From positions 1 to 64,000 of the IMG/VR virus record IMGVR_UViG_3300010398_001198: DNA of 64,000 nucleotides. The stretch is one strand, 5' to 3'. The position numbers were made by a program, and so were the translations under genes. Position 1 is the stretch's first letter. Each line of letters opens with the position of its first letter. The notes beneath the pieces are model-generated. The model worked only from the letters and a program-made list of their open reading frames with translations. It did not search any database and was not told where the DNA came from. Below are positions 9,006-17,765 of the stretch, in pieces. This DNA comes from a virus.

Positions 9006-9014
9006 AGTATAGCA
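9006..9014 (-). promoter_or_regulatory. Extended -10 promoter (TGCTATACT) for HNH3 cassette
   Basis: Motif position conserved among cassettes. Confidence 0.7.
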
Positions 9015-9044
9015 TAGATTTCAAAGGGTTAGAAGGAAAAAACG

Positions 9045-9485
9045 GTGAGTTACACCTACGCCGGCAACCCAGCAGCATCCAAGGTCGATGAGGTCCATTA
9101 CAGATTGGGCGATGTGGACGCTTCGAATCCTATAAGCACCGACGAGGAGTGCGCCTTTGCCCTGTGCGAGCACGGCGGCAATACCTATCTGGCCGCCGCC
9201 GCGCTTGCAGAGACGAAGGGCATGGAGTTTCTCTACAAGCCCTCGATCCGGCGAGGTGATCGCTGGGTGACGTATACCGACCGGGCCAATCACTTCCTCA
9301 CCCTGGCCCGCCAGCTCCGCAATAACGCGTCCATGGCCACCACGAATATCTATGTGGGCGGCCAGAGCGAGAGTGAGAAAAAAGCCGACCGCCATAGCCT
9401 CGACCAGGTGCAGCCGTATATGCGGACGACGCTCCATCAGACCCGCCCATGGTACAGTTGGGAGGATATGGAGCGTGAGCCATGA
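9045..9485 (+). CDS. Putative head-tail adaptor
   Basis: SYTYAGNP...DEVHYRLGDVD...DEEC..AL pattern typical of head-tail connector proteins. Confidence 0.6.
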   Translation: MSYTYAGNPAASKVDEVHYRLGDVDASNPISTDEECAFALCEHGGNTYLAAAALAETKGMEFLYKPSIRRGDRWVTYTDRANHFLTLARQLRNNASMATTNIYVGGQSESEKKADRHSLDQVQPYMRTTLHQTRPWYSWEDMEREP

Positions 9486-10333
9486 TGCCCGTCAGTACCC
9501 TGACGCCCAGCCTGGTGCGGGACACCTATCTCCTCGGCATTGATCTCGGGAGTGCCTGGCAGGGGGCAACCGGCGACCAGGCGATTGCGCGCCTGCTCTT
9601 TGCCCAGGTGGCCCGCGCCGAAGCCCTCATGAACATCCACTTTCACCGCTTCCACGTGCTCACGGCCCCGGACCCCACCATGGTACTCGGGCAAGACTAT
9701 GACTTCCTCGGGCTCCCCATCCCCTATACGCCCCCGGAGCCGGAGGCGACCCACTATCAGCTCACCCTGCACTTTCACGATGTGCAGGCGATTACGCGCG
9801 TGCGCCTCATGACCGGGATGGATACGCAAGTGCCGCCGCAGCCGGTGTGGCTGACGCTCGCCCTCACGGCCCTCGTCTTTTCCTCGTACGATGAACGTCT
9901 GTACATCCCCGTAGACCTGGCGCCATCTCCCCCCGGCGGCGAGATCTGGGCCGTCGACTATCTCTGCGGGCTGGAGGCCTTACCCCCGGAGGTGGTGGAA
10001 TGGTGCGCCCTGCGGACCGCCATGCAAATTCTCAGTATCACGGGCTCCGGGCGCGATGTGACGCATGGCACCAGTGGCGAAATGCTCATTCAGGACGGCA
10101 TCGAAGAAAGCGTGCGCTACGGCAATAATGCCCAGTACGGCGGCATCTATGCCGGGCCGATTAAGATCCTCCAGGGCCAACTCGACGATCTCGATCTCGT
10201 GCGCCTGCGCTTTCGCTATCAGAATACGGCCGGTGACCACAGCCAGATCCCAGCAGACGCCTTGCTACCCAGTCAGCCGTACGAGCAGTCCGTCTGTACG
10301 CCGCGCTCCCCCCTGCTGGTGACGGCACCCTGA
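9482..10333 (+). CDS. Putative neck/head-completion protein
   Basis: TPSLVRDTYLLGIDL N-terminus resembles neck proteins of large myophages; position. Confidence 0.5.
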   Translation: MMPVSTLTPSLVRDTYLLGIDLGSAWQGATGDQAIARLLFAQVARAEALMNIHFHRFHVLTAPDPTMVLGQDYDFLGLPIPYTPPEPEATHYQLTLHFHDVQAITRVRLMTGMDTQVPPQPVWLTLALTALVFSSYDERLYIPVDLAPSPPGGEIWAVDYLCGLEALPPEVVEWCALRTAMQILSITGSGRDVTHGTSGEMLIQDGIEESVRYGNNAQYGGIYAGPIKILQGQLDDLDLVRLRFRYQNTAGDHSQIPADALLPSQPYEQSVCTPRSPLLVTAP

Positions 10334-10344
10334 GGGAGCCCGCC

Positions 10345-10857
10345 ATGGCACTCACTCCCCAGCAACTCCAGCAACTCCAGGCCGATATTGCCGCCGACCC
10401 GGTGCTCTCGCAGGTCCCCCACACCTCGGACGGCGCGCTCGAAGTGGCGGACGCCTACAACGCCCAGGCCAGTCCCGTCTTCTGGGTCTGGAAAACCAGC
10501 CTCCTGGAGCAAGACGTGTATGAGACCACGAGCCCGGACAACACAACATGGTCATGGGCGACCTATAAAGCCCAGACTGTGCAAGATCGGGATTCCTGGG
10601 CGCGCATGTTTAATCCGGGGCTCGTCAATCCGTCCCTCCGGCAAACGCGTGACGGCTGGACCGCCATCTTTGGGGGCCAGGGCGCTTCGCTGCAGCAGGT
10701 CAATTTTCTCCTGGCGCTCGCCCGACGTCCGGCGCGGCGGATCGAGGCGCTGCTGTATGTGCCCACCCTCGGCACGGGCACACCCGCCAGCCCGGCCAAT
10801 ATGGGCTATGAGGGGACCATCAGCGGGTCCGACGTGGAGCAAGCATGGGTCAGCTAA
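10345..10857 (+). CDS. Hypothetical virion-associated protein (paralog of 44829..45422)
   Basis: WVWKTSL...TWSWATYKAQT...NPSLRQTRDGW.AIFGGQGAS shared with 44829..45422. Confidence 0.75.
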   Translation: MALTPQQLQQLQADIAADPVLSQVPHTSDGALEVADAYNAQASPVFWVWKTSLLEQDVYETTSPDNTTWSWATYKAQTVQDRDSWARMFNPGLVNPSLRQTRDGWTAIFGGQGASLQQVNFLLALARRPARRIEALLYVPTLGTGTPASPANMGYEGTISGSDVEQAWVS

Positions 10858-11606
10858 CCACGCTCCCACCCACCCACACGGTGCAGATTCACCTCGATGG
10901 CTACTGCCATACCTGCAAGCTGTGGCACCGCCATCCCCCGCTCTCGCCCACGGCGTTTTCCGAGGCCCTGTGGGACTGGCATGCCAAACACATGGGCCAT
11001 GAGGTGGAACTCCTCTCCCCGCGCCGGCGGCTGCCCCGGCGCTTCCGTGACTGGCTCTGGCAGCGGCTGGGCGTCGCCCCCTGGTGGTTGGACTACCGCG
11101 AGAACACCAATTTCAAACTGAGCTTTACCGCCGCGACCGTCATCACCTGTACCCTCGCCTCCCTGGCTTCCTCTGGCACCTTTGTGGCCGGGCGTGAAGC
11201 CGCCGGGGTGGACAACAGTAGCGCCCGCAATATTGACTCGGAAATTACTGCCAAGCTGACGACCGGCACCAGCCCGACCGTGGATACGGAACTGCGCGTC
11301 TATGGCTATCAGGCGCTCAACCCCGATACACCGCTCTACCCCGATACCATTAGCGGCACGAACGCCGCGGTTACCCTGACCAGCACCTATCAACTGAGTG
11401 GCGGCTTTCTCCTCCTGGGCTCCTCGGCAGTCTCGGCGACCTCGAGTATCGGCTACCCCATCAAGTGTCTGTCCACGGCGCAAGCGTGGGGCAAGGAGCC
11501 CAAACGCTGGGGCCTGTATATCACCCATAACACCGCCGTGGCGCTGCATGCCACCGGGACGAACCACGTACTCACGTATACCTCGGCATTCCTTACAGAT
11601 ACATAA
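10845..11606 (+). CDS. Hypothetical protein: His/Cys-rich N-terminus + beta-rich C-terminal domain
   Basis: Co-oriented ORF; CHTC...WH...HAKHMGH. Confidence 0.65.
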   Translation: MGQLTTLPPTHTVQIHLDGYCHTCKLWHRHPPLSPTAFSEALWDWHAKHMGHEVELLSPRRRLPRRFRDWLWQRLGVAPWWLDYRENTNFKLSFTAATVITCTLASLASSGTFVAGREAAGVDNSSARNIDSEITAKLTTGTSPTVDTELRVYGYQALNPDTPLYPDTISGTNAAVTLTSTYQLSGGFLLLGSSAVSATSSIGYPIKCLSTAQAWGKEPKRWGLYITHNTAVALHATGTNHVLTYTSAFLTDT

Positions 11607-11618
11607 TGAAAGGAACTC

Positions 11619-12494
11619 ATGCCATACACGCAAGGTGTCCGCAGTCTCGCCTATGGGGCGCCGGTGAATTGGGATGCGCCGCTCAACCGGGGGCTCCAGA
11701 ACTGGTGGAAGGTGCTGCCAGGCCGGATCGGTGCGCCCACCTGGCTCGATCTCACCGGACGGATCGCCTTGCCACTGACCGGCATGTCCCCGCCCAGCAC
11801 GACGCAGGGCTTTGGCGCCACGCGGCGACCGGGGGGCCTCAGCGAACTGCGCTTTAATGGCACGACGTCGCTGGGCGCGCTCGGCAACTCGTCACTCTAT
11901 ACCAGCAGCAGTGACACGGCGCACACCTTTGCCTGCTGGTTCCTGCAATCGAGCAGCGTCGCCGAGGACGAAATGCGCATCGTCACCTGGTGCCGGGCCA
12001 CCGGCTCGACCGGCTGGGGCCTCTACACGGATACCTACAATGCCAACCCCAACCGCCTGGCCGGGCTCTACAAGACCACGGCCAATGCCCTGAGCACGTG
12101 CTACAGCACGACCACCATTGCGCTCAACACGTGGTACTTTGGCACCTGGGTGATCAGCGGCACCACCGGGACCCTGTATCTCAATGCGCACCAGGAAGGC
12201 ACCGTCAGCGATGTCGATCCCAGTGTGAGTTTTACCTCTGGTGCGTTTGCCTCCGAACTGGGACATCTCAACGGCAATGCCACCACCTACTGGCCCGGGG
12301 CACTCGATGAGGTGCGGCTGTATAACCGGGCGCTGTCGGCTGCTGACGTGGCGGCCCTGTACCTGGCCGCGCTCCAGGGCTGGCCGCAAGAACTGAGCTG
12401 GCAACTCTGGCCGCCGCTCGGGCTGCGGACGGAGACGCCGCCGCAACGTGTCTGGAGCCTGACGCAGGCCCTCCAGCGAGCGATCAATTGGTAG
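11619..12494 (+). CDS. LamG/concanavalin-A-like lectin domain protein
   Basis: HTFACWF...WYFGTWV..GTTGTLYLNA...WPGALDEVRLYNRALSAADV. Confidence 0.85.
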   Translation: MPYTQGVRSLAYGAPVNWDAPLNRGLQNWWKVLPGRIGAPTWLDLTGRIALPLTGMSPPSTTQGFGATRRPGGLSELRFNGTTSLGALGNSSLYTSSSDTAHTFACWFLQSSSVAEDEMRIVTWCRATGSTGWGLYTDTYNANPNRLAGLYKTTANALSTCYSTTTIALNTWYFGTWVISGTTGTLYLNAHQEGTVSDVDPSVSFTSGAFASELGHLNGNATTYWPGALDEVRLYNRALSAADVAALYLAALQGWPQELSWQLWPPLGLRTETPPQRVWSLTQALQRAINW

Positions 12495-12507
12495 GCAGGG
12501 AGAGTCC

Positions 12508-12969
12508 ATGGCTGCTGGATATGTGTTTTCCACGGCAGGATCGCTGGCGCTGACGGCCGCGACTGCCAAAACGATTCTCAACCTGATTACGGCAACCAAT
12601 GCCCTATCGCGCATCATCGAGTTCAGCGTGTCCTTTGATGGCGTGACAGCTTCAGCGGTGCCAGCCACGGTCGAGCTCTGCTCGTCCACGCAGGCGGGCG
12701 CCGGCACCCCTGGCACGGCCCCGACCATCACGCAGATTCGCGGCGCGACGCGGACGGTGCAGGCGACGGCCCAGCAAGGCTACACGGCTGAGCCCACCGT
12801 TCTCACAACGCTCAAGCGCTGGCTCGTGCCAGTCTATAACGGCGTCCTGGTCATTCAGTTTCCCCTCGGACGGGAGCCCGAACAGACGACCGCTAAGGGA
12901 CTGGCCATTCGGGTCACGGCCCCCGCGGCGGTGAACGCGCAGGCTTACGCAGAATTTGAGGAAGGATAG
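12508..12969 (+). CDS. Hypothetical beta-sandwich virion protein
   Basis: RBS GGGAG, 153 aa, co-oriented. Confidence 0.65.
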   Translation: MAAGYVFSTAGSLALTAATAKTILNLITATNALSRIIEFSVSFDGVTASAVPATVELCSSTQAGAGTPGTAPTITQIRGATRTVQATAQQGYTAEPTVLTTLKRWLVPVYNGVLVIQFPLGREPEQTTAKGLAIRVTAPAAVNAQAYAEFEEG

Positions 12970-13112
12970 CCAGTCGCGAGTGGTCCCAAATGGCATTAGC
13001 CAAACGTTTCCAATGTGGACAGACGCATATTAGTCGTATTATCCGTGGTGAACAGCGGCAACCTGTCGTTACCCCTTGGGTGCGACCTGATGTGCAAGAA
13101 CGAGATGTTTGA
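12966..13112 (+). pseudogene. Remnant C-terminal HTH of an HNH endonuclease gene
   Basis: AT-richer gap translates IASREWSQMALAKRFQCGQTHISRIIRGEQ, similar to the HNH3 HTH QVSLAQRFGVSQATIWRILR. Confidence 0.55.
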
Positions 13113-13127
13113 AGAGGGCTAATAGGT

Positions 13128-13310
13128 ATGGTGTATCTCGTGTCCGATGGGCGGGCCTGTGGCATGCCGCAGGTCCCGGAAGTGCGCTCTCCCTATGAGA
13201 CGCTGGCCGAGGCGCTGGCGCAGGCGACGGAAGATCGCGTGATGGGCCGCACGCCGCTGCGCATTGAAGATGGCGACACCCAGGCGGTCTTGTGGACCGC
13301 AGAGGAGTGA
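13128..13310 (+). CDS. Hypothetical small protein
   Basis: 60-aa co-oriented ORF. Confidence 0.45.
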   Translation: MVYLVSDGRACGMPQVPEVRSPYETLAEALAQATEDRVMGRTPLRIEDGDTQAVLWTAEE

Positions 13311-13315
13311 CGACT

Positions 13316-14101
13316 ATGTCTGCATCTACGCTTCCCGCGGTCCTGGCCGCCGCGCTTGCCCCGCTGACCCGCGAGGACTTCGTGCGCCTCGCCCAGCAGC
13401 AACTGACTCGGAAGGCGGCCTATGCGCGGCGCGGCATCGACTATGACGGCCTCACCTCGCAGATCGCCCTGCCGGTGGTCGAGCCTGCCCGCGTCATGTT
13501 CCGCGACCAGCATGGTCACTGGATCGAGGGGGTGAGTGAGCCGAAGATCGATCCTAATCACTTCCGCGTCTGGCTCACCGTGCGGGCCTATGCCCCGTGC
13601 AAGCGCCATGCGCCCCATCCCTGTCACTGCCGGAAACGGTTGACGGGACTGCGGGAAGGCCCCGCCAACCTCCTCACCAACCAGTTTGCCGGGTTTGTGC
13701 GGGCCGGGATCTTTGGCACGACGACGACGGTCACCGATACCGGCACGACCGGACGCTCGATTACCAATGCCCTCAATGGTGGGGTGAACGCGGCCTCCAC
13801 GCTGATTACGTCGGGGACGGGGGCGGCTGCCGCGACCGTGGCCGATATCGCCATGCAAACGGCCACGGAAACGGTGGTGGCCGGGGCGCCCAGCGCCATT
13901 ACGGGCAGCGGCGCGACCGGCTCCTTCACGATTGCCGGGACGATTACCGCGACCGCGGCGCGCGCCTATACCGAATGTGGCATCCAGATTACGACGACGA
14001 CCAATACGTGGAATTTCCTCGTGGCCCACGATACATACACGACTTTAAACGTAAGTAACACGGGCACTTTGGCCGTGACATATACCATTCAGAACCAATA
14101 G
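13316..14101 (+). CDS. Hypothetical tail/virion protein
   Basis: GTGAAAATVADIAMQT motif common in phage tail proteins; RBS GGAG. Confidence 0.6.
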   Translation: MSASTLPAVLAAALAPLTREDFVRLAQQQLTRKAAYARRGIDYDGLTSQIALPVVEPARVMFRDQHGHWIEGVSEPKIDPNHFRVWLTVRAYAPCKRHAPHPCHCRKRLTGLREGPANLLTNQFAGFVRAGIFGTTTTVTDTGTTGRSITNALNGGVNAASTLITSGTGAAAATVADIAMQTATETVVAGAPSAITGSGATGSFTIAGTITATAARAYTECGIQITTTTNTWNFLVAHDTYTTLNVSNTGTLAVTYTIQNQ

Positions 14102-14113
14102 GATGACTGTCGT

Positions 14114-14518
14114 ATGGCTGATCCCGAACCTTTTGACCTCCCCGATATCCATCCGTGCACGCCGGGCCACGGGCTTCCGCTGGGGGAGCGCCGTGCCTGG
14201 GTGGCCCCCGAGTTTTGTTATGTGATCGCCTGTCCGCGCTGTGGTCTGGGCGTTATGGCGGACAGCGTCGACGCCGCCATAGGCCAATGGAACGACTTGC
14301 ACCCGGCCCGCGAGCTCAGCGAGGCCGAGCGCGACCTGCCGCCTGTCGAGGCGGCGATCCCGCTGCCCCCACGGCACTATCTCTGCGAAGACAACGTGCA
14401 TATTATCCAGCGCCTGCCGGACGGCGGCTATGCCTGTGCCCAGTGCGGGCTGGGCTTCCGGGAGCATCACGCGCTCGATATTGTCGTGGGCTCGGGGAGC
14501 ATGACCACCGCGACCTAG
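14114..14518 (+). CDS. Double zinc-ribbon protein, Lar-like motif
   Basis: ACPRCG...SVDAAIGQWN and C...CAQCG. Confidence 0.55.
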   Translation: MADPEPFDLPDIHPCTPGHGLPLGERRAWVAPEFCYVIACPRCGLGVMADSVDAAIGQWNDLHPARELSEAERDLPPVEAAIPLPPRHYLCEDNVHIIQRLPDGGYACAQCGLGFREHHALDIVVGSGSMTTAT

Positions 14519-14528
14519 GAGGACGGCC

Positions 14529-16184
14529 GTGCCGGTCTTCGTCATTGGGCCGCTCCTGCGCCGAGCACAGCAGCCTCTCGTCTTCTGGCCCATGTCCGCG
14601 CCGGTGGTGTCGCAGAGTATTGGCCTCACGGTCACCGCCACAGGCGCCGCCAGTCGGGTCGCCTCCTCCGTTCTGGCACGGACGGGCACCACCCTGGCCA
14701 CCAGTGCCCGCGTGGCGTCCTCGGTTCTTGCCCGCGCTGGACTCCTGAGCACCACGAGTGCCCGTGTGGCCTCCTCGGTCCTGGCGCGCTCCACGACCGT
14801 CCTCGCCACCAGTACCCGCATCGGCTCCGCGACCACGGCCCGCACGGCGAGCGTCCTGGCCACCAGTAGCCGTGTGGCCTCCTCGGTGCTCGCCCGGACG
14901 GGTCTCCTCAAGACCACGAGCGCCCGCGTGGCCTCGTCCGTCCTCGTCCGTGCCGCGACGGTCAGCACAACGAGCACGCGCGTGGCCTCCTCGCTCAAAC
15001 CCGTCACAGGCATGGCCAGCGGCACGGCTACTCGTGCCGCCTCCTCCGTCCTCGCCCGCACCGGCGCACTCAGCACCCTCAGTACCCGCATCGGCAGTGC
15101 GACGACCAGCCGCACGGTGCGCGCCCTGACCTCCAGTGTGCGCACGGGATCGGCCTCCACCAGCCGGACCGTCCTGGTGAATGCCCTGAGCGTCCGCACC
15201 GGCAATGCCAGTGTCAGTCGGGCCGGCGTCACCAGTACCACCAGCATGCGCCTCGCCTCGTCCGTGCTGGCGCGGACGGTGGTTGCCCGCAGTACGGTAG
15301 TGACCTCCAATGCCTCCGCCCAAGTCCTGCGCACCGTGCTCGCGAGTAGTACCGTCGCGGTGCGTGCCTCCTCGGTGCGCGCCCAGCTCGGGAAAATGGC
15401 GAGTAGCAGTGCCCAGCTCCTGTCGGCGGTGCGGGCCAGTACCGCCACAGTCCTGAGCACGAGTACCCGCGTGGGCAGCGCCAGTCGGCTCACAACCGGC
15501 ATGGTGCAAAGTACCGTCAGTCGCCGCGCCAGCAGTGTCGTGGTGCGGGTGGGGGTCCTGCGGGCCGTGGGCCAGGCCCTAACGGCGGGGGCCGTCGTCG
15601 CGGCGCAGGGCACCAGCCGTGGCACCAGCGTCCGCCTGGCCAGTGCCGGGACCAGTCGCCTCGCCACGACCCAGAGTGGGCGCGCGCTTGTCGCCAGTAG
15701 TGGTGTGGCACGGACGGGGCGACTCCAGGGCGTGGGACAGGCCCGTGTCCTCACGAATCTGCTGGCCGTGCAGGGGCGTATGCGCGCCCTCCCGAGTCTC
15801 CTGCTGGCCGCCTCCCTGGCCGCACGAGGGACGATGCAGGGGCAGGCGCAGCGGCTGGGATCCTCCCTGGTACAGGCGCAGGGCCAGGTGGGGGCGCTGG
15901 TCGGGCTCCAGGTGCTGGCGGTCAGCGTCCAGGGTGCTGGTCGCTTCCAGAGCCGGGTCCAGGTGGTGGGTTTTGCCCCCAGGCATGCGCCCCCGATCCG
16001 GCGGGTGGAATATCCCACGCAGATTGTCTATCTGCGGCCCGATGGGTCCATCCAGCGGGTGGTGCCCAAGATCCCGGTCTCGCATCCGCAGGCCTACACG
16101 ACCGGACGGGGCGCGCCAGGCCGCAGTCAGGTCGTCCGGTCGCAGGTGCAGCGCTATACCTATGTCCGCCCCGCGAAGACGTAG
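14529..16184 (+). CDS. Low-complexity Ala/Ser/Thr/Arg repeat protein
   Basis: ~15-aa repeats T(S)ARVASSVLAR; GTG start after GGAGG. Confidence 0.7.
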   Translation: MPVFVIGPLLRRAQQPLVFWPMSAPVVSQSIGLTVTATGAASRVASSVLARTGTTLATSARVASSVLARAGLLSTTSARVASSVLARSTTVLATSTRIGSATTARTASVLATSSRVASSVLARTGLLKTTSARVASSVLVRAATVSTTSTRVASSLKPVTGMASGTATRAASSVLARTGALSTLSTRIGSATTSRTVRALTSSVRTGSASTSRTVLVNALSVRTGNASVSRAGVTSTTSMRLASSVLARTVVARSTVVTSNASAQVLRTVLASSTVAVRASSVRAQLGKMASSSAQLLSAVRASTATVLSTSTRVGSASRLTTGMVQSTVSRRASSVVVRVGVLRAVGQALTAGAVVAAQGTSRGTSVRLASAGTSRLATTQSGRALVASSGVARTGRLQGVGQARVLTNLLAVQGRMRALPSLLLAASLAARGTMQGQAQRLGSSLVQAQGQVGALVGLQVLAVSVQGAGRFQSRVQVVGFAPRHAPPIRRVEYPTQIVYLRPDGSIQRVVPKIPVSHPQAYTTGRGAPGRSQVVRSQVQRYTYVRPAKT

Positions 16185-16233
16185 GAGAGCCTCGCAAAGT
16201 GGTGTCGGTTCTCGTATAGTCTTTCCACCGAGG

Positions 16234-16333
16234 AGTTTTAAGGGTTAAGGGTTAAGTTTTAAGGTCAGAGGCGGGTATAGATATGCACCATCCTCCGAAC
16301 CTTCCCCCACTTAAAACTTAATCCTTAAAACTT
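16234..16333. repeat. Heptamer inverted-array element, copy 4
   Basis: agttttaagggttaagggttaagttttaag-core with GCACCATC-cttaaaacttaatccttaaaact. Confidence 0.88.
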
Positions 16334-16358
16334 CAATCTCACTCCGAAGGAGTGTCTC

Positions 16359-16760
16359 ATGCAAACCGCCTGGAACGGGTTAGCCCTGCCGACCCTCAGT
16401 GACAATGTCGTCCTCACCGAAGCCTACCAGAGCTGGAGCGTGCCGCTGCTGCTCCAGGATACGCCCGCGATTCCGACGAGCGTGGTCTTGCCCTCGCTCA
16501 CCTTTGGGCTCATCATCTGGAGTTATGATGCACCGCTCTGGTTTGCCGTGAATGCCATGCCCACCCCCATTGCGCCGCTCCAATCCCCCACCGTGGCGGC
16601 CAATCAGTTTGTCGTAGGCCATATCGTCAATGCCGATGCGGGGGTGCATTACACCATCCCGGATGGCACCATGGCCAATACCCTCTACCTGATCTCGCAG
16701 GACGCCTCGGTCCGGGTCGCGGTCACCGCCCTCCGGCGGCTGGATGCCGGACCGCCGTAA
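16359..16760 (+). CDS. Hypothetical protein
   Basis: RBS AAGGAG, 133 aa. Confidence 0.6.
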   Translation: MQTAWNGLALPTLSDNVVLTEAYQSWSVPLLLQDTPAIPTSVVLPSLTFGLIIWSYDAPLWFAVNAMPTPIAPLQSPTVAANQFVVGHIVNADAGVHYTIPDGTMANTLYLISQDASVRVAVTALRRLDAGPP

Positions 16761-16783
16761 GCGGTGCGCCCACTCATGGAGAG

Positions 16784-17155
16784 ATGCCCATGCCCTGTCG
16801 ACTGATCCTCCCACTGCTGCTCATCCTGTGTCCCCTGACGGCTCTCGCCCAAGTTCCCGCCCCTGTGCCACCGACCTGTGAGCAGACGGTGGAGACGCAG
16901 TATCGGGGCCTGGTAACGGACAAGGTGCTCCTGGATGCCAGTGCCAGCACCTGGCTCGCGCAACTCCAGACCCTGGCCAGTAGCCTGCGGATTCAGCGCA
17001 CGCAGTATGACCTCAAAGCGCAACAAGCCGCCCTGGCCGAACAACAGTTTGCCACCCTCTACGAGCATCTGCGCCAGAGCCGGGAACGGGAAGCCGCCCT
17101 CCAGAAGGAACTGGAAACCCTGCGCCAGGGCCAGCCCCCAACCCCCGCAAATTAG
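16784..17155 (+). CDS. Signal-peptide coiled-coil protein (possible spanin-like)
   Basis: RLILPLLLILCPLTALA-Q signal-like N-terminus, long coiled coil. Confidence 0.55.
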   Translation: MPMPCRLILPLLLILCPLTALAQVPAPVPPTCEQTVETQYRGLVTDKVLLDASASTWLAQLQTLASSLRIQRTQYDLKAQQAALAEQQFATLYEHLRQSREREAALQKELETLRQGQPPTPAN

Positions 17156-17190
17156 GGAGCTTGCTTCTCTCACCTGTTTGCTTTTATACT

Positions 17191-17272
17191 GTGTGCGCGT
17201 GCGGAGTCAGCCACTGCAGGGCCTGGAGTTCCGGGTATGCTTCGTGGCACCCCACACTTCGCACCGGTACAC
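17191..17272 (+). ncRNA. Candidate rod-shaped small RNA
   Basis: TTGCTT-N18-TATACT promoter (17161-17190); nested stems gtgtgc/gtacac, gtgcggagt/acttcgcac, gccac/gtggc, cctgg/ccggg. Confidence 0.4.
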
Positions 17273-17367
17273 CCCTGTAGACGATCGCACTCCTTCTTCC
17301 CTATCACTGTCTGCATCCCCATACCCACATGGCCCTTGTCTGTCTGCACTCGCCGGCGAGGTGCGCG

Positions 17368-17763
17368 ATGAGCGACGAAGTGCAGGGAACCGTCACCGGC
17401 GGCAATGGTGAACGGCTCGAACTGCGTCTGGGCACCCGCACGCTGGGGCTCACGACCCGCGATCTCATTCCTATCTTATTGCTCGCGATTCTCGGGGTCG
17501 GCGGCTATCTCCTCTATGGGGCCGTGAGTAAAGACCTCGGGCGTCTGGATCGCCAGCATGACCAAGTGCTGACGGCGCTCCAGCAGAATGCGCTCCGGAT
17601 CGTGGACGCCGTCCAGGCAGCCAATGCGCACCGCGAAGAGCAAACAGAAACCATCCGAAAAATGTTGCTCTTGCATGAAGTCAACCAGAGCCGTGCGCCC
17701 GAGGACCGGATGCCGCTGGAACTGGCGCCTGAGACCCTGTCGCCGCCACAGAAAGGGCGCTGA
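17368..17763 (+). CDS. Single-TM membrane protein (possible holin-like)
   Basis: LIPILLLAILGVGGYLLYG TM segment followed by coiled coil. Confidence 0.5.
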   Translation: MSDEVQGTVTGGNGERLELRLGTRTLGLTTRDLIPILLLAILGVGGYLLYGAVSKDLGRLDRQHDQVLTALQQNALRIVDAVQAANAHREEQTETIRKMLLLHEVNQSRAPEDRMPLELAPETLSPPQKGR

Positions 17764-17765
17764 GA

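Noticed and set aside
14045-16018. 657-aa minus-strand ORF
   Set aside because: Shadow of the repeat gene 14529..16184; no RBS or promoter, composition mirrors the + strand.
17210-17216. GCCACTG as cobalamin riboswitch B12 box
   Set aside because: Other conserved elements of the aptamer are absent and downstream genes are unrelated.
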